NCBI GenBank assembly: GCA_964612745.1
Contig: CAZTCH010000001.1
Span: forward strand, 77,387 to 141,386
Length of the DNA stretch: 64,000 nucleotides
Source of the DNA: an uncultured Candidatus Saccharibacteria bacterium
GTDB taxonomy: Bacteria > Patescibacteriota > Doudnabacteria > UBA920
Direction of reading: 5' to 3'
Positions 8,521 through 17,652 of the stretch are shown piece by piece. The notes under the pieces were generated by a model. It ran no database searches and was not told the DNA's origin. It worked only from the letters and a program-made list of their open reading frames with translations. The translations under genes and the position numbers were made by a program. Numbering within the stretch: the stretch's first letter is position 1; every line of letters begins with the position of its first letter.

Positions 8521-10371
8521 ATGTCAGACCTCTCAAATATACGGAATTTTTGCATTATTGCTCATATTGACCACGGAAAGTCGACCCTTGCGGATCGGCT
8601 TTTAGAAATGACCAACACCGTGAGTAAACGGGAAATGAAGGATCAGTTGTTGGACAGTATGGACCTTGAGCGAGAGCGTGGAATTACCATCAAGCTGCAG
8701 CCAGCGAGAATGCAGTATCAATACGAAGGGTCAAGCGCTAAGGGCCAAGCGCTCAGTGAAGCAGAGCATATAACCTTTAGCCCTCGGAACTATATCCTCA
8801 ACTTAATCGATACTCCTGGGCATGTGGACTTTGCATATGAAGTATCACGAAGCCTTGCGTGTTGCGAAGGTGCAATTTTAGTTGTAGATAGTACGCAAGG
8901 TATTGAAGCGCAAACTTTGGCAAATGCCTACTTGGCGATGGAACACAATTTAAAGCTCATTCCAGTAGTCAACAAAATTGACCTTCCGAATAGTGATAGG
9001 GAGAAAACTGCGAGCGAACTAAAAGCTGCGTTTGGGTTTACCGATGACGAAATTTTGTACGCCTCAGGAAAGACTGGCGAAGGCGTGCTCTCTATTTTAG
9101 ATGCAGTTGTCGAACGTGTTCCAGCGCCAACGGGTAACACCGATGGTGATTTGCGCGCCCTGATTTTTGATTCTGCTTACGACATTCACCGCGGGGTGAT
9201 TTGTTTTGTTCGCGTGTTTGATGGTGTCTTGTTGCCACGGCAGAAAATTTACACGTTAGGAAGTAAAACAGAAGCAGAGAGTTTAGAGATTGGGTACTTT
9301 AAACCGAAAATGGAAAAGTCCGATGCTATTCGTTGCGGTGAAGTGGGGTATATCGTGACAGGGCTCCGAGATGTTTCCAAAGCACGTGTGGGTGACACAA
9401 TTACTTTGCATGGGCAAAGAACAACTACGCAACCACTCCCTGGGTACGAGCACGTAAAGCCAATGGTCTACGCAACCATTTTTCCTGTCTCTGGAGACGA
9501 CTATCCAAGTCTGCGGGATGCCATGGACAAGTTACGTTTGAGTGACGCGTCTTTAGAATTTGAACCAGAGCATATTCCAAGCATTGGGTTTGGGTTCCGT
9601 ACCGGCTTTTTGGGGTTGCTACACATGGATATTGTGCAGGAGCGCTTAACTCGTGAATACGATTTGGACCTTATTTTAACTGCGCCAAGCGTTGCGTACA
9701 AAGTGATTAAGACTTCTGGAGAAGAAGTAATGGTGCAATCGGCAGCGCAGTTTCCAGACCCATCTACCGTGCGGGAAGTACAAGAACCGTGGATGAAAGT
9801 AAATATCTTAACACCACAAGAGTACATCGGTCCGATATTAGAAATAGTTACGAAACGACGAGGGATTTCTGGCGACATTACCTACTTGGGACAAGACCGT
9901 GTAGATATGCACTTTGAAATGCCTTTGGGGAATATTATTATTGATTTTTACGATAAACTAAAAAGTGTTTCTAGCGGCTATGCTTCGCTGAACTACGACT
10001 TTTTGGAACTTCGCTATGGAGAATTGGTAAAAGTGGATGTATTAGTTGCAAACGAAAAAGTAGAAGCGCTTTCTACTATGATGCATCGCTCGGTTGCAGA
10101 AGTTGAAGGACGTGATTTGGTCATGAAATTAAAAGAGCTTATTCCAAGACAGCAGTTTGAAATAGCAATTCAGGCGGCTATTGGAGGCAAGGTGATTGCT
10201 CGCGAGACTATTAGCGCACTACGCAAAGATGTTACTGGCTATTTGTATGGTGGTGACGTAACCCGAAAAATGAAACTCCTGAACAAACAGAAAAAAGGAA
10301 AGAAACGGATGAAAAAGATTGGTAAGGTAGATATTCCACAAGAGGCGTTTTTGGCAATTTTGAAGAAGTAG
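8521..10371 (+). CDS. lepA: Elongation factor 4 (LepA)
   Basis: IAHIDHGKSTLADR, ERERGITIK, LIDTPGHVDF, GFLGLLHMDI, YGGDVTRK. Confidence 0.98.
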   Translation: MSDLSNIRNFCIIAHIDHGKSTLADRLLEMTNTVSKREMKDQLLDSMDLERERGITIKLQPARMQYQYEGSSAKGQALSEAEHITFSPRNYILNLIDTPGHVDFAYEVSRSLACCEGAILVVDSTQGIEAQTLANAYLAMEHNLKLIPVVNKIDLPNSDREKTASELKAAFGFTDDEILYASGKTGEGVLSILDAVVERVPAPTGNTDGDLRALIFDSAYDIHRGVICFVRVFDGVLLPRQKIYTLGSKTEAESLEIGYFKPKMEKSDAIRCGEVGYIVTGLRDVSKARVGDTITLHGQRTTTQPLPGYEHVKPMVYATIFPVSGDDYPSLRDAMDKLRLSDASLEFEPEHIPSIGFGFRTGFLGLLHMDIVQERLTREYDLDLILTAPSVAYKVIKTSGEEVMVQSAAQFPDPSTVREVQEPWMKVNILTPQEYIGPILEIVTKRRGISGDITYLGQDRVDMHFEMPLGNIIIDFYDKLKSVSSGYASLNYDFLELRYGELVKVDVLVANEKVEALSTMMHRSVAEVEGRDLVMKLKELIPRQQFEIAIQAAIGGKVIARETISALRKDVTGYLYGGDVTRKMKLLNKQKKGKKRMKKIGKVDIPQEAFLAILKK

Positions 10372-10530
10372 GAGGAGAGAAGAAATAGAAGAGTGAGAAG
10401 AAGTAGAAGAATTAGTAAGACGGAGAGTAGTAAAGAGTAAATGGTAAGTAGTAATTAGACAATACGTAATACGAAATTCGCAATTCGCAATTCATAATAC
10501 GCAATACGTAATTCTTAATTCCTAATTCCT
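10372..10530 (+). repeat. Mosaic short-repeat region: purine-rich 9-mers (AGAAATAGA-like), then ten 7-mers (AATACGT/AATTCGC/AATTCCT)
   Basis: 10461-10530 is 10 consecutive AATWCNN units. Confidence 0.9.
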
Positions 10531-10533
10531 CAA

Positions 10534-11091
10534 GTGAAAGAGCAAGATTTATTGGTGCGGGTCGGCGTTGTGGCGGATGCTGCACAGCTGGCGGCAATAC
10601 AACAGCAGACGTGGGTTGCTACATATCCCAATGCGGAGTTGGGGGTGACCGCAGAAGGTATAGAGCAGTTAGGGTTTACTACCCCCGAAGCGGTGGCGCG
10701 TTGGGAGAAGATACTTGCACAGTTTACCGAAGAACGCTGTGTATTTGTCGTAGAGTGCGATGGTGTGGTTGTGGGGTATTGTTTTGTACGACGAGCTGAG
10801 ACCTTTGGTAAAATTCAAGCACTCTATGTGTTGCCAGAGCATCACGGAAAAGGGTTTGGGGGTGCTTTACTCCGTGCTGCATATGCCTATATCGGGGCGA
10901 ATATACCCATTGTGCTCTTGGTGGCTGACTACAACATCCGCAGTATCCAATTTTACGAACACCAAGGGTTCCATATGAGTGGAAAGACAAGTGTAACTCC
11001 ACCAGAACTTTCACCCAATGGAGTTCGTATTACGCAGTTGGAGATGTGCCGGCAACCTAAGAGTACAGAAGGATTACCTGCAGAATATTAG
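10534..11091 (+). CDS. GNAT family N-acetyltransferase
   Basis: LYVLPEHHGKGFGGALL acetyl-CoA motif; N..SIQFYEHQGF. Confidence 0.88.
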   Translation: MKEQDLLVRVGVVADAAQLAAIQQQTWVATYPNAELGVTAEGIEQLGFTTPEAVARWEKILAQFTEERCVFVVECDGVVVGYCFVRRAETFGKIQALYVLPEHHGKGFGGALLRAAYAYIGANIPIVLLVADYNIRSIQFYEHQGFHMSGKTSVTPPELSPNGVRITQLEMCRQPKSTEGLPAEY

Positions 11092-11116
11092 CTATTTATG
11101 GTATAATATACACACC

Positions 11117-11224
11117 ATGTTGCGAGATAGAAAAAAAGTACAACGATTATTCAGCATACTTGCTGCACTGATGGTGCTTGCTATGATTGCCATGGCAATT
11201 GGACCGTCCTTTTTAGGCTTTTAA
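11117..11224 (+). CDS. Small single-TM protein (35 aa, MLRDRKKVQRLFSILAALMVLAMIAMAIGPSFLGF)
   Basis: TGGTATAAT just upstream; basic N-terminus followed by one TM helix. Confidence 0.6.
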   Translation: MLRDRKKVQRLFSILAALMVLAMIAMAIGPSFLGF

Positions 11225-11258
11225 TTTTTTGTGTAGCTGGTTCTGCACATAAAACTGT

Positions 11259-11801
11259 ATGCGAAATGTAATCCTGAAGCCAAACGAAGAGATTGTAGTG
11301 GTGTTTCGCCAAAGCAGTGCAGTGCTGGTTCCTGCAGCAGTTCTTGCTTTGCTATTGCTCGTTGCCCCATTATGGTACGCTGCCCGTCATGCTGCTCTTG
11401 GGGGTTTGTTTGCGGTGTATCCAGTTTGGGCGCTGCTCGTTGTGGTGTGGTTCTTGCACAAGTTTTTTTTGTGGCACAGAGAAGTATATGTAATTTCGAC
11501 TGGCCGGTTTATAAAAATGTCTCACGAGAGCTTGTTTCGCAGAACAGTTTCTGAAACGGCGCTCGATCGAGTTTTAAATGTCAGCTTGCGCACGACTGGG
11601 CCATGGTCAATGCTCGCTGGCTTTGGGGATATAGATGTGCAAGTGGTCGGTAGGGTAGAACCGCTTGTAGTGCGCTCGGTGGCGAGACCAGCAGAGGTAA
11701 AAGAGTTCTTGTGGCGATTACACGAACAAGTATTGGAACGTTCGGGTAGGGTGCATGGTATGCAGGAGTTTTCCACGCCACAGCAAAAAATAGTAAATTA
11801 G
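11259..11801 (+). CDS. Bacterial PH-domain membrane protein
   Basis: Two TM helices, then YVISTGRF..LDRVLNV..GFGDIDV pattern. Confidence 0.75.
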   Translation: MRNVILKPNEEIVVVFRQSSAVLVPAAVLALLLLVAPLWYAARHAALGGLFAVYPVWALLVVVWFLHKFFLWHREVYVISTGRFIKMSHESLFRRTVSETALDRVLNVSLRTTGPWSMLAGFGDIDVQVVGRVEPLVVRSVARPAEVKEFLWRLHEQVLERSGRVHGMQEFSTPQQKIVN

Positions 11802-11805
11802 TTTC

Positions 11806-12183
11806 ATGCTTCCACAAAAACCAAAAATATCTTTCATGTCGAGCCGGTTTGTGGTTGTGTTACTTTTAGGCAGTCTGGCGATTCTTTCTTTGTCCCAGTA
11901 TCAAAAGTGGGAAGCACAGAAAAAGATTCAAAAGCAAATAGACGCACTCAAAGCAGAGTCGCAAGAAATTGGTGAAAAAAATGCGCAGTTGGAAAGTTCG
12001 CTGCAGTACTTGGCAAGCGCAGCAGCTACCGAACGCTTAGCAAGGCAGCAGTTAAATATGAAAAAAGATGGAGAAGTTGCTGTGGTGTTTCTTGCGGGAA
12101 CCAAAGAGACAGCCGAGCAAGTAGCAGAATCCAAGCAAATTCCTGTTTGGAAGCAGTGGTGGGAGTATTTCTTTGTACATTAG
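11806..12183 (+). CDS. ftsB: Septum formation initiator (FtsB/DivIC family)
   Basis: TM, coiled coil and ERLARQQLNMKKDGE. Confidence 0.8.
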   Translation: MLPQKPKISFMSSRFVVVLLLGSLAILSLSQYQKWEAQKKIQKQIDALKAESQEIGEKNAQLESSLQYLASAAATERLARQQLNMKKDGEVAVVFLAGTKETAEQVAESKQIPVWKQWWEYFFVH

Positions 12184-12186
12184 TAT

Positions 12187-13029
12187 TTGCACTCTATGAA
12201 AATTGAACAGACGCATATTCGTAAGTTTCTCTTAGTGGCGGGCGGTGCGGTGTTGATTGCCTTGTTGTTTGTGTTGTGCGCGACTGCTTGGTTTTATATG
12301 GGCTCGCCCAGTGAAACCAAGGAGCGCTTTGCCGCAGCGGCTGGTATACCACTCGGTAAAGTGGGTGGAAGGTACATAGGCGCAGACGAAGTCATGGCTT
12401 GGTCTACAGCTGCTACAAAAACGACCCTCCCTGAAGGGTATTCACTTTCTGAGTCACTCTCACTCCGAGCTGTGGCAGATGGAAAAGTTGGCGTGTCTTC
12501 TGGTGATATAGTTTTGGCAACACAAGCATTGGGCCAAGACGCGGAATATGTAAAGTATTCTCAGGCTGTGGGTACAGATGTTGCTGCGCGAACGGTACTA
12601 ACTGATTTTGTTTTGGGTTATAAACTACGTCAGTGGTATGCCCAGCACTCTGAATTGGAACCGGCATTTCAAAAACAAGTAGAACAAGTGAAGACAGCTT
12701 TTACCAAAGGGCAAGACTTTAACACTGTCGCTACTGCTTATAGTGCTGATTTAGCAACCAAATATTTTTCTGGAGACTTGGGGTATATTGATGTGTCCGA
12801 AGCTGTGCCAGAGTACGCAGAGGCGGTAGAAAAATTAGAGAAAAATAAACTGACTGTTGTGTATACTCGGTATGGTGTGCACTTTGTAGAATTGCTCGAC
12901 ACTGTTTTAAACGGACAAAAGACCATGGTGAAGCTTCGTGAAGTAGTGGTAGAACCGCAGCAGTTTGATGTGTGGCTTGCCTCTGAGGTTTCCAAGCAAA
13001 AAACAACGTGGTACTATGGCCGTAAATAG
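12187..13029 (+). CDS. PpiC/parvulin-type peptidyl-prolyl isomerase (PrsA-like)
   Basis: F..VA..YSAD...GDLG...YTRYGVHF; N-terminal anchor. Confidence 0.75.
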   Translation: MHSMKIEQTHIRKFLLVAGGAVLIALLFVLCATAWFYMGSPSETKERFAAAAGIPLGKVGGRYIGADEVMAWSTAATKTTLPEGYSLSESLSLRAVADGKVGVSSGDIVLATQALGQDAEYVKYSQAVGTDVAARTVLTDFVLGYKLRQWYAQHSELEPAFQKQVEQVKTAFTKGQDFNTVATAYSADLATKYFSGDLGYIDVSEAVPEYAEAVEKLEKNKLTVVYTRYGVHFVELLDTVLNGQKTMVKLREVVVEPQQFDVWLASEVSKQKTTWYYGRK

Positions 13030-13092
13030 GCATTGTGCAAAGTAGTCAGAACTTGGTAAAATACGAACTGTGACCTTCAAGTGGTCACTCTT

Positions 13093-13166
13093 GCGGGATT
13101 AGTACAATGGTAGTATGAGACCTTCCCAAGGTTTAGACACGGGTTCGATTCCCGTATCCCGCTCCA
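13093..13166 (+). tRNA. tRNA-Gly (CCC)
   Basis: Cloverleaf GCGGGAT...ATCCCGC, anticodon arm AGACC-TTCCCAA-GGTTT, GTTCGATTC T-loop, encoded CCA. Confidence 0.95.
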
Positions 13167-13373
13167 ACACAAATACTCCCAAAGCGGAGTATTTGTGTTG
13201 GATAAGGCGGTAGGGAATCGAAAAGAGCGCTCCCGACGTTACGTCGGGGCTGCGCCGCGACCATTTGGAGCGGTGCAGAGCGGCGGGGTTGCGTTAGGCG
13301 TCGTACGAATCGACCATGAGCTTGTCGAATGGAAGATGAGTACAGCCGTGGGCGACCGATTCCCGTATCCCGC
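13163..13373 (+). mobile_element. Small non-coding tRNA-linked element ending in a 17-bp copy of the tRNA-Gly 3' end
   Basis: CGATTCCCGTATCCCGC at 13146-13162 and 13357-13373; 17-bp hairpin at 13163-13202; partial inverted copy GCGGTAGGGAATCG at about 13207-13220. Confidence 0.55.
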
Positions 13374-13452
13374 AAAAGCGTTTGAGTAAAGATTTGTGAC
13401 TGAACTATGCAAATCTTTCACTCCGAAGGTGTCGTCTAAAGACTACTATAGT

Positions 13453-13965
13453 ATGGAAATCACACTTTACATTGCAACTACCGCTGATGGTTTTATAGCT
13501 ACTTCTGATGGGAATTCAGACTGGGTGTCCAGTGCTGACGCTGCATCATTCGAGGCAGCTGCGAAAGAACAAGGTGCAATTATCTTAGGAAGAAAAACCT
13601 TTGAGCAATTCCAAGGTGAAATTTACCCTATCCAAGGTATTCGTAACTATGTATTAACCTCTTCTTTGCCTAGGGAGTCGTCTGAAGTATTGGTTAAGTT
13701 TGTAGGTGGGGAGCCACAAGATATAGTTAAGAGTATAGAGGTTGAGGGTGTCGTAAAAGCTTTGTTAGTAGGCGGGAGCCACGCAAATGGCGCTTTTTTC
13801 CGCGCTGGTTTGATAGATAAAGTGATCATTAGTGTGCACCCATTGTTTTTAGGGAGTGGTATGCCTGTATTTGCAGATTCTGAGATGGTGCAAAAATTAC
13901 GGTTTGATTCTTCAGAACGAATGGACGACGGCTTAATTAAACTATATTATACCGTTATCAAATAA
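13453..13965 (+). CDS. Dihydrofolate reductase/RibD C-terminal family protein
   Basis: YIATTADGFIA, LGRKTFE, VGGS, GLIDK..SVHPLFLGSG; ATG at 13453 preferred over the ORF-track GTG. Confidence 0.88.
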   Translation: MEITLYIATTADGFIATSDGNSDWVSSADAASFEAAAKEQGAIILGRKTFEQFQGEIYPIQGIRNYVLTSSLPRESSEVLVKFVGGEPQDIVKSIEVEGVVKALLVGGSHANGAFFRAGLIDKVIISVHPLFLGSGMPVFADSEMVQKLRFDSSERMDDGLIKLYYTVIK

Positions 13966-13971
13966 CAACTT

Positions 13972-14047
13972 GCCGGCTTAGCTCATCTGGTAGAGCGAGG
14001 GTATCGTAAACCCTAGGTGATCGGTTCGAGTCCGATAGCCGGCTCCA
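13972..14047 (+). tRNA. tRNA-Thr (CGT)
   Basis: 76-nt cloverleaf GCCGGCT...AGCCGGC-T-CCA; anticodon arm AGGGT-ATCGTAA-ACCCT. Confidence 0.93.
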
Positions 14048-14051
14048 GCCT

Positions 14052-14219
14052 TCGCCAAGGCTATGGCTGGCTTACGCCACTGTAGATTTTGTGAGGATTG
14101 GCACTGCGGTTATAGTATTTACGAAAAAGAAGGCTGCGCGCCGAAGCTTCACGCGAAGGCGGGCATTTTATCGCCAAGGCTACGGCTGGCTTACGCCACT
14201 GTAGATTTTGTGAAGATTG
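14052..14219 (+). repeat. Two 49-bp direct repeats (2 mismatches) immediately downstream of tRNA-Thr
   Basis: TCGCCAAGGCTAYGGCTGGCTTACGCCACTGTAGATTTTGTGARGATTG at 14052-14100 and 14171-14219. Confidence 0.9.
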
Positions 14220-14277
14220 AAAACCTGTGATTATTTAGGATGTAAAGCATATTTTATAGTGTTTATTATTCCTTCTA

Positions 14278-15303
14278 ATGGATAAACAACTTTTAGCTAA
14301 GATTAATTCTCTGTATAGCCTCCCAACGCTGTCTTACAAAGGTAAAGCCAAGGGTGGTTTTTTAAGTGATAACTACGTTTTACAAACCAAGACAAGTACA
14401 TATTTTCTTAAAAAGTATCGTCAGTCTGTCGGTGATAGATTACCAGTTATAACCAAGACAGAGCAATTTTTTGCAAACGCAGATATTCCAATTATTTTAC
14501 CAATCCTCACTAAAAAGGGCAGCAGTTTTTTTAGTGTCGAAGGGTATCACTATAGTCTTTACCCATTTATTTCAGGGAAAACATTTGACCATAATAATAG
14601 AGTTCCGACCATGGCGATGGTTGCATCGATTGCAAGAAATCTTGCCAAGATGCACCAAATTAGTCGGAAGGGTTTTCCGTTGTTTTCAAAAGCACAACTG
14701 AGTGAATGGGATGTGAATAGAATAATGAGCGATGAGTCACGAGACGGCTTTTATTTGTATGCACACAAGATCCTAGACGTGCTAAAAGCAAAAAAGAGGA
14801 AAACTAAATTTGATTTGTTGGCGGCGAAAGTAGTAAAGCTGAAATTGGGAATAGTGCAGTCTGTGCCTACCTCTTTCAAAGGGTTTACTTTAGGGAAGCC
14901 GCACATTGTGCATGGAGACTATCATGCGCAAAATGTATTTCTGAACGGTAAGGGGGAAGTAACACATGTGTTTGATTTGGAAAAAACAGATGCAAGGCCA
15001 AGGAGTTTGGAGTTGGTAAGGTCCATGTTGTTAATTTGTTTTTCAGGTCAGTTTACTTCAGCGCGTTTTGCTTTAGCAAAAAAATATTTGGCTGCATATA
15101 ACGAAATATATCCAATACCTGCAATAGAAGTAGAGAGTAGCATTCGCTTGCTTTACTATAAACACACACTCAATTTGTGGATAGAAAAAGGGCACTATTT
15201 TAACGACTTTACTCGAGCAGATGTATTGCTCGATGGCGAGCTGAGGTATCTTCGGTATATGTCCAAGAATATGAACCATTTTATTAAGCGTGTTTTGTCA
15301 TAA
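14278..15303 (+). CDS. Aminoglycoside phosphotransferase/homoserine kinase type II-like kinase
   Basis: HGDYHAQNV catalytic loop and VFDLE; noticeably AT-richer than neighbours. Confidence 0.82.
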   Translation: MDKQLLAKINSLYSLPTLSYKGKAKGGFLSDNYVLQTKTSTYFLKKYRQSVGDRLPVITKTEQFFANADIPIILPILTKKGSSFFSVEGYHYSLYPFISGKTFDHNNRVPTMAMVASIARNLAKMHQISRKGFPLFSKAQLSEWDVNRIMSDESRDGFYLYAHKILDVLKAKKRKTKFDLLAAKVVKLKLGIVQSVPTSFKGFTLGKPHIVHGDYHAQNVFLNGKGEVTHVFDLEKTDARPRSLELVRSMLLICFSGQFTSARFALAKKYLAAYNEIYPIPAIEVESSIRLLYYKHTLNLWIEKGHYFNDFTRADVLLDGELRYLRYMSKNMNHFIKRVLS

Positions 15304-15422
15304 GGTATTGGCATGCAGCATCTTTTGGGTGTTTTTAGCTTCATCAACCGCGAAAGCGGTTTTAATTTTGCTCTTTCTGGTACTTTGACCCCATAGGTGC
15401 AAAGTGCTATATTTAAGCTGAA

Positions 15423-15767
15423 ATGATAGAAAAAACGACCAAAATCAGCGATACGACCCAAAATCCAGTAGACATGGAGCAACTGGCGCAAGAAGAAGCT
15501 CGTCTGAAAGCTTTTACTGGAACAGACCACGCTTCTCCAGTGGCAACTGGTAAGATGTTTGTTGCGGTGTCGTTGTATGGAGCTGCGGTTGATTTTGGAC
15601 TCGCAATTTTAGTGCCATTACTTGCTGCTGTCTATGGGGGAAGGTGGCTTGCCGAACGAATTGGTCATCCCAGTATAGTGCCACTGGCAATAGTACTTGC
15701 CTTGGCAATATCGGCTGTAGCCATATATAAACAAATTCTCTCATTAAAGCGGAAGGCAGGGCTATGA
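15423..15767 (+). CDS. atpI: AtpZ/AtpI family protein
   Basis: Two-TM protein (GLAILVPL..GGRWL) overlapping the atpB start. Confidence 0.7.
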   Translation: MIEKTTKISDTTQNPVDMEQLAQEEARLKAFTGTDHASPVATGKMFVAVSLYGAAVDFGLAILVPLLAAVYGGRWLAERIGHPSIVPLAIVLALAISAVAIYKQILSLKRKAGL

Positions 15768-16630
15768 TTGTAGCGTTACCGCCACTCGCGGCAGAACAAT
15801 TATTTACTGTATCAGGATTGCCTGTTACCAACACCATGGTGAATGCATGGTTGGCTTTGGCAGTCTTTTTTGTGCTTGGAGTTTGTGTCCGGTTCTTTTG
15901 GATAAAAAATGTATCTGCACTGGGCGCTCCATTGGGCGCGCTTAATTTTATGGAACGCCTTGTCGAGCTCGTACTTGACTATATGGATAGAGTGACCAAT
16001 AACCGTGCTCGGTCGCTTCGGTTATTACCAATTGTTGGCAGCTTATTTTTGTTTATATTGACTGCGAACTGGATGGGTTTGCTCCCCGGTACGGGGTCTA
16101 TTGGACTTTGGGTGACGCATGAAGGTGCAAAAGAATTTTTACCACTCTTTAGACCAGCAAATACAGATTTAAATATGACATTGGCCATGGCGGTGTTAGC
16201 TGTGGTAGCTTCGCATGTGCTGGGTGCAGTAACGATTGGGTTTGCTTCCTATGCTGGTAGATTTCTAAAAATTGCGCCGCTCGTAAAAGCCTTCCGTGAT
16301 GTAAGTCCTGTGGGCATACTTGTCGCTGTGGTGGAATTCTTTGTGGGCATAATAGAAATTTTTTCAGAGGTTGCGAAGATGGTTTCTCTGTCGTTGCGTT
16401 TGTACGGCAACATTTTTGCAGGGGAGGTACTACTGACGGTTATCGCGTCTTTGGTGAGTTTTTTTGTGCCACTACCTTTTATGGTGTTGGAAATTATTGT
16501 CGGCTTAGTGCAAGCGACAGTATTTTCTATGTTAACGCTAGTCTATTTGAATATGGCAATGACAGAGCATGGAGGACATGTAGAAGCTCACGAAGGCCCT
16601 GTTGTGATAGAAACAGGGGTGCGTGGGTAA
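15764..16630 (+). CDS. atpB: ATP synthase F0 subunit a
   Basis: NWMGLLPG, SLSLRLYGNIFAGE, LVQATVFSML. Confidence 0.95.
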   Translation: MIVALPPLAAEQLFTVSGLPVTNTMVNAWLALAVFFVLGVCVRFFWIKNVSALGAPLGALNFMERLVELVLDYMDRVTNNRARSLRLLPIVGSLFLFILTANWMGLLPGTGSIGLWVTHEGAKEFLPLFRPANTDLNMTLAMAVLAVVASHVLGAVTIGFASYAGRFLKIAPLVKAFRDVSPVGILVAVVEFFVGIIEIFSEVAKMVSLSLRLYGNIFAGEVLLTVIASLVSFFVPLPFMVLEIIVGLVQATVFSMLTLVYLNMAMTEHGGHVEAHEGPVVIETGVRG

Positions 16631-16762
16631 CCATTAGCGAGGTGGTCTTGGTTTAAAATATTTTAAACCAGAGCCTGCTTGTTAATTAATCAGTAAGGCA
16701 AGTCTTGACGTTAATAATACAATCATACCCGTCAGTTGGACTTTCTTACGCAAAGGAACGTT

Positions 16763-16981
16763 ATGGAGTCAGAAGCAATTATCGCAATCGCAAAAGCATT
16801 TACTATCGCCATTGGCGGTATGATTCCTGCACTCGCAATTGGTAAGACTGCATCGAAAGCGATGGAAGCAATTGGCCGAAACCCAGAAGCAGCAGACAAG
16901 GTGTTTGTACCGATGTTGCTATCTTTGGCTTTTGCTGAAGCTATTGCTATTTATGCGTTGGTCGTTACCTTTACTTTGTAA
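16763..16981 (+). CDS. atpE: ATP synthase F0 subunit c
   Basis: AIGRNPEA loop, FAEAIAIY; ATG at 16763 after AAGGAA. Confidence 0.95.
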   Translation: MESEAIIAIAKAFTIAIGGMIPALAIGKTASKAMEAIGRNPEAADKVFVPMLLSLAFAEAIAIYALVVTFTL

Positions 16982-17058
16982 ATTTCTATCGGTGCATGAG
17001 TTGTGTACTAAGGGGTTGGCCCTTGGTGCATGCTCTCAGTAACTGATGATGTAATTTT

Positions 17059-17652
17059 ATGGACTTTTCTTTCATTGAACTTTTTATACACACTGCTCAT
17101 GCTGCAGAGGTCGCTCATGAAGCGACAGAGTCTGTTAGCGGTGTTGCTGCGCTCGGTGTAAATGGTACTTTGTTTGTCGCGCAGCTGGTTAACTTCACTA
17201 TTATATTCTTTGTGCTATGGCGTTGGGTGTTTAAGCCTATTGCGGGACATCTGGCTGAACGGACGCAAAAAATTGAGCAATCACTCAAAGACGCAGCCCT
17301 CATTAGGGAACAAAAAGAAGTATTCACCTCATGGCAAGCAGAACAGATGAAATTAGCTCGTGTTGAAGCAGCGGAGATTGTTGGAAATGCCAAGCAAGAA
17401 GCAGAACTGTTGAAGTCCGAGATACTAACCAAAGCAAAAGAAGAGCAGCAAGCGATTATAGCTTCTGGGCATGCACTGTTAGAGCGTGAACAAGAGCACA
17501 TGCTTGTAGAAGCAGAGCAAAAACTAGCTAGTCTGGTAGTACTTGCTACAGAAAAGGTCCTCCGCGAAAAACTGACAAATGAGTCAGACGCAAAACTCGT
17601 GGCACATGCAGTTCAAGCAGTTACCACAGCACAAACTAAATCAAACGTATGA
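17059..17652 (+). CDS. atpF: ATP synthase F0 subunit b
   Basis: QLVNFTIIFFVLWRWVFKPI...R.QKI..SL. Confidence 0.92.
   Translation: MDFSFIELFIHTAHAAEVAHEATESVSGVAALGVNGTLFVAQLVNFTIIFFVLWRWVFKPIAGHLAERTQKIEQSLKDAALIREQKEVFTSWQAEQMKLARVEAAEIVGNAKQEAELLKSEILTKAKEEQQAIIASGHALLEREQEHMLVEAEQKLASLVVLATEKVLREKLTNESDAKLVAHAVQAVTTAQTKSNV

Noticed and set aside
10412-10597. ORF-track proteins over repeat or RNA regions (also 13133-13421, 22027-22527, 39322-39525, 43111-43350, 57052-57280)
   Set aside because: These are translations of heptamer arrays, tRNA or antisense strands, with no protein-family motifs.
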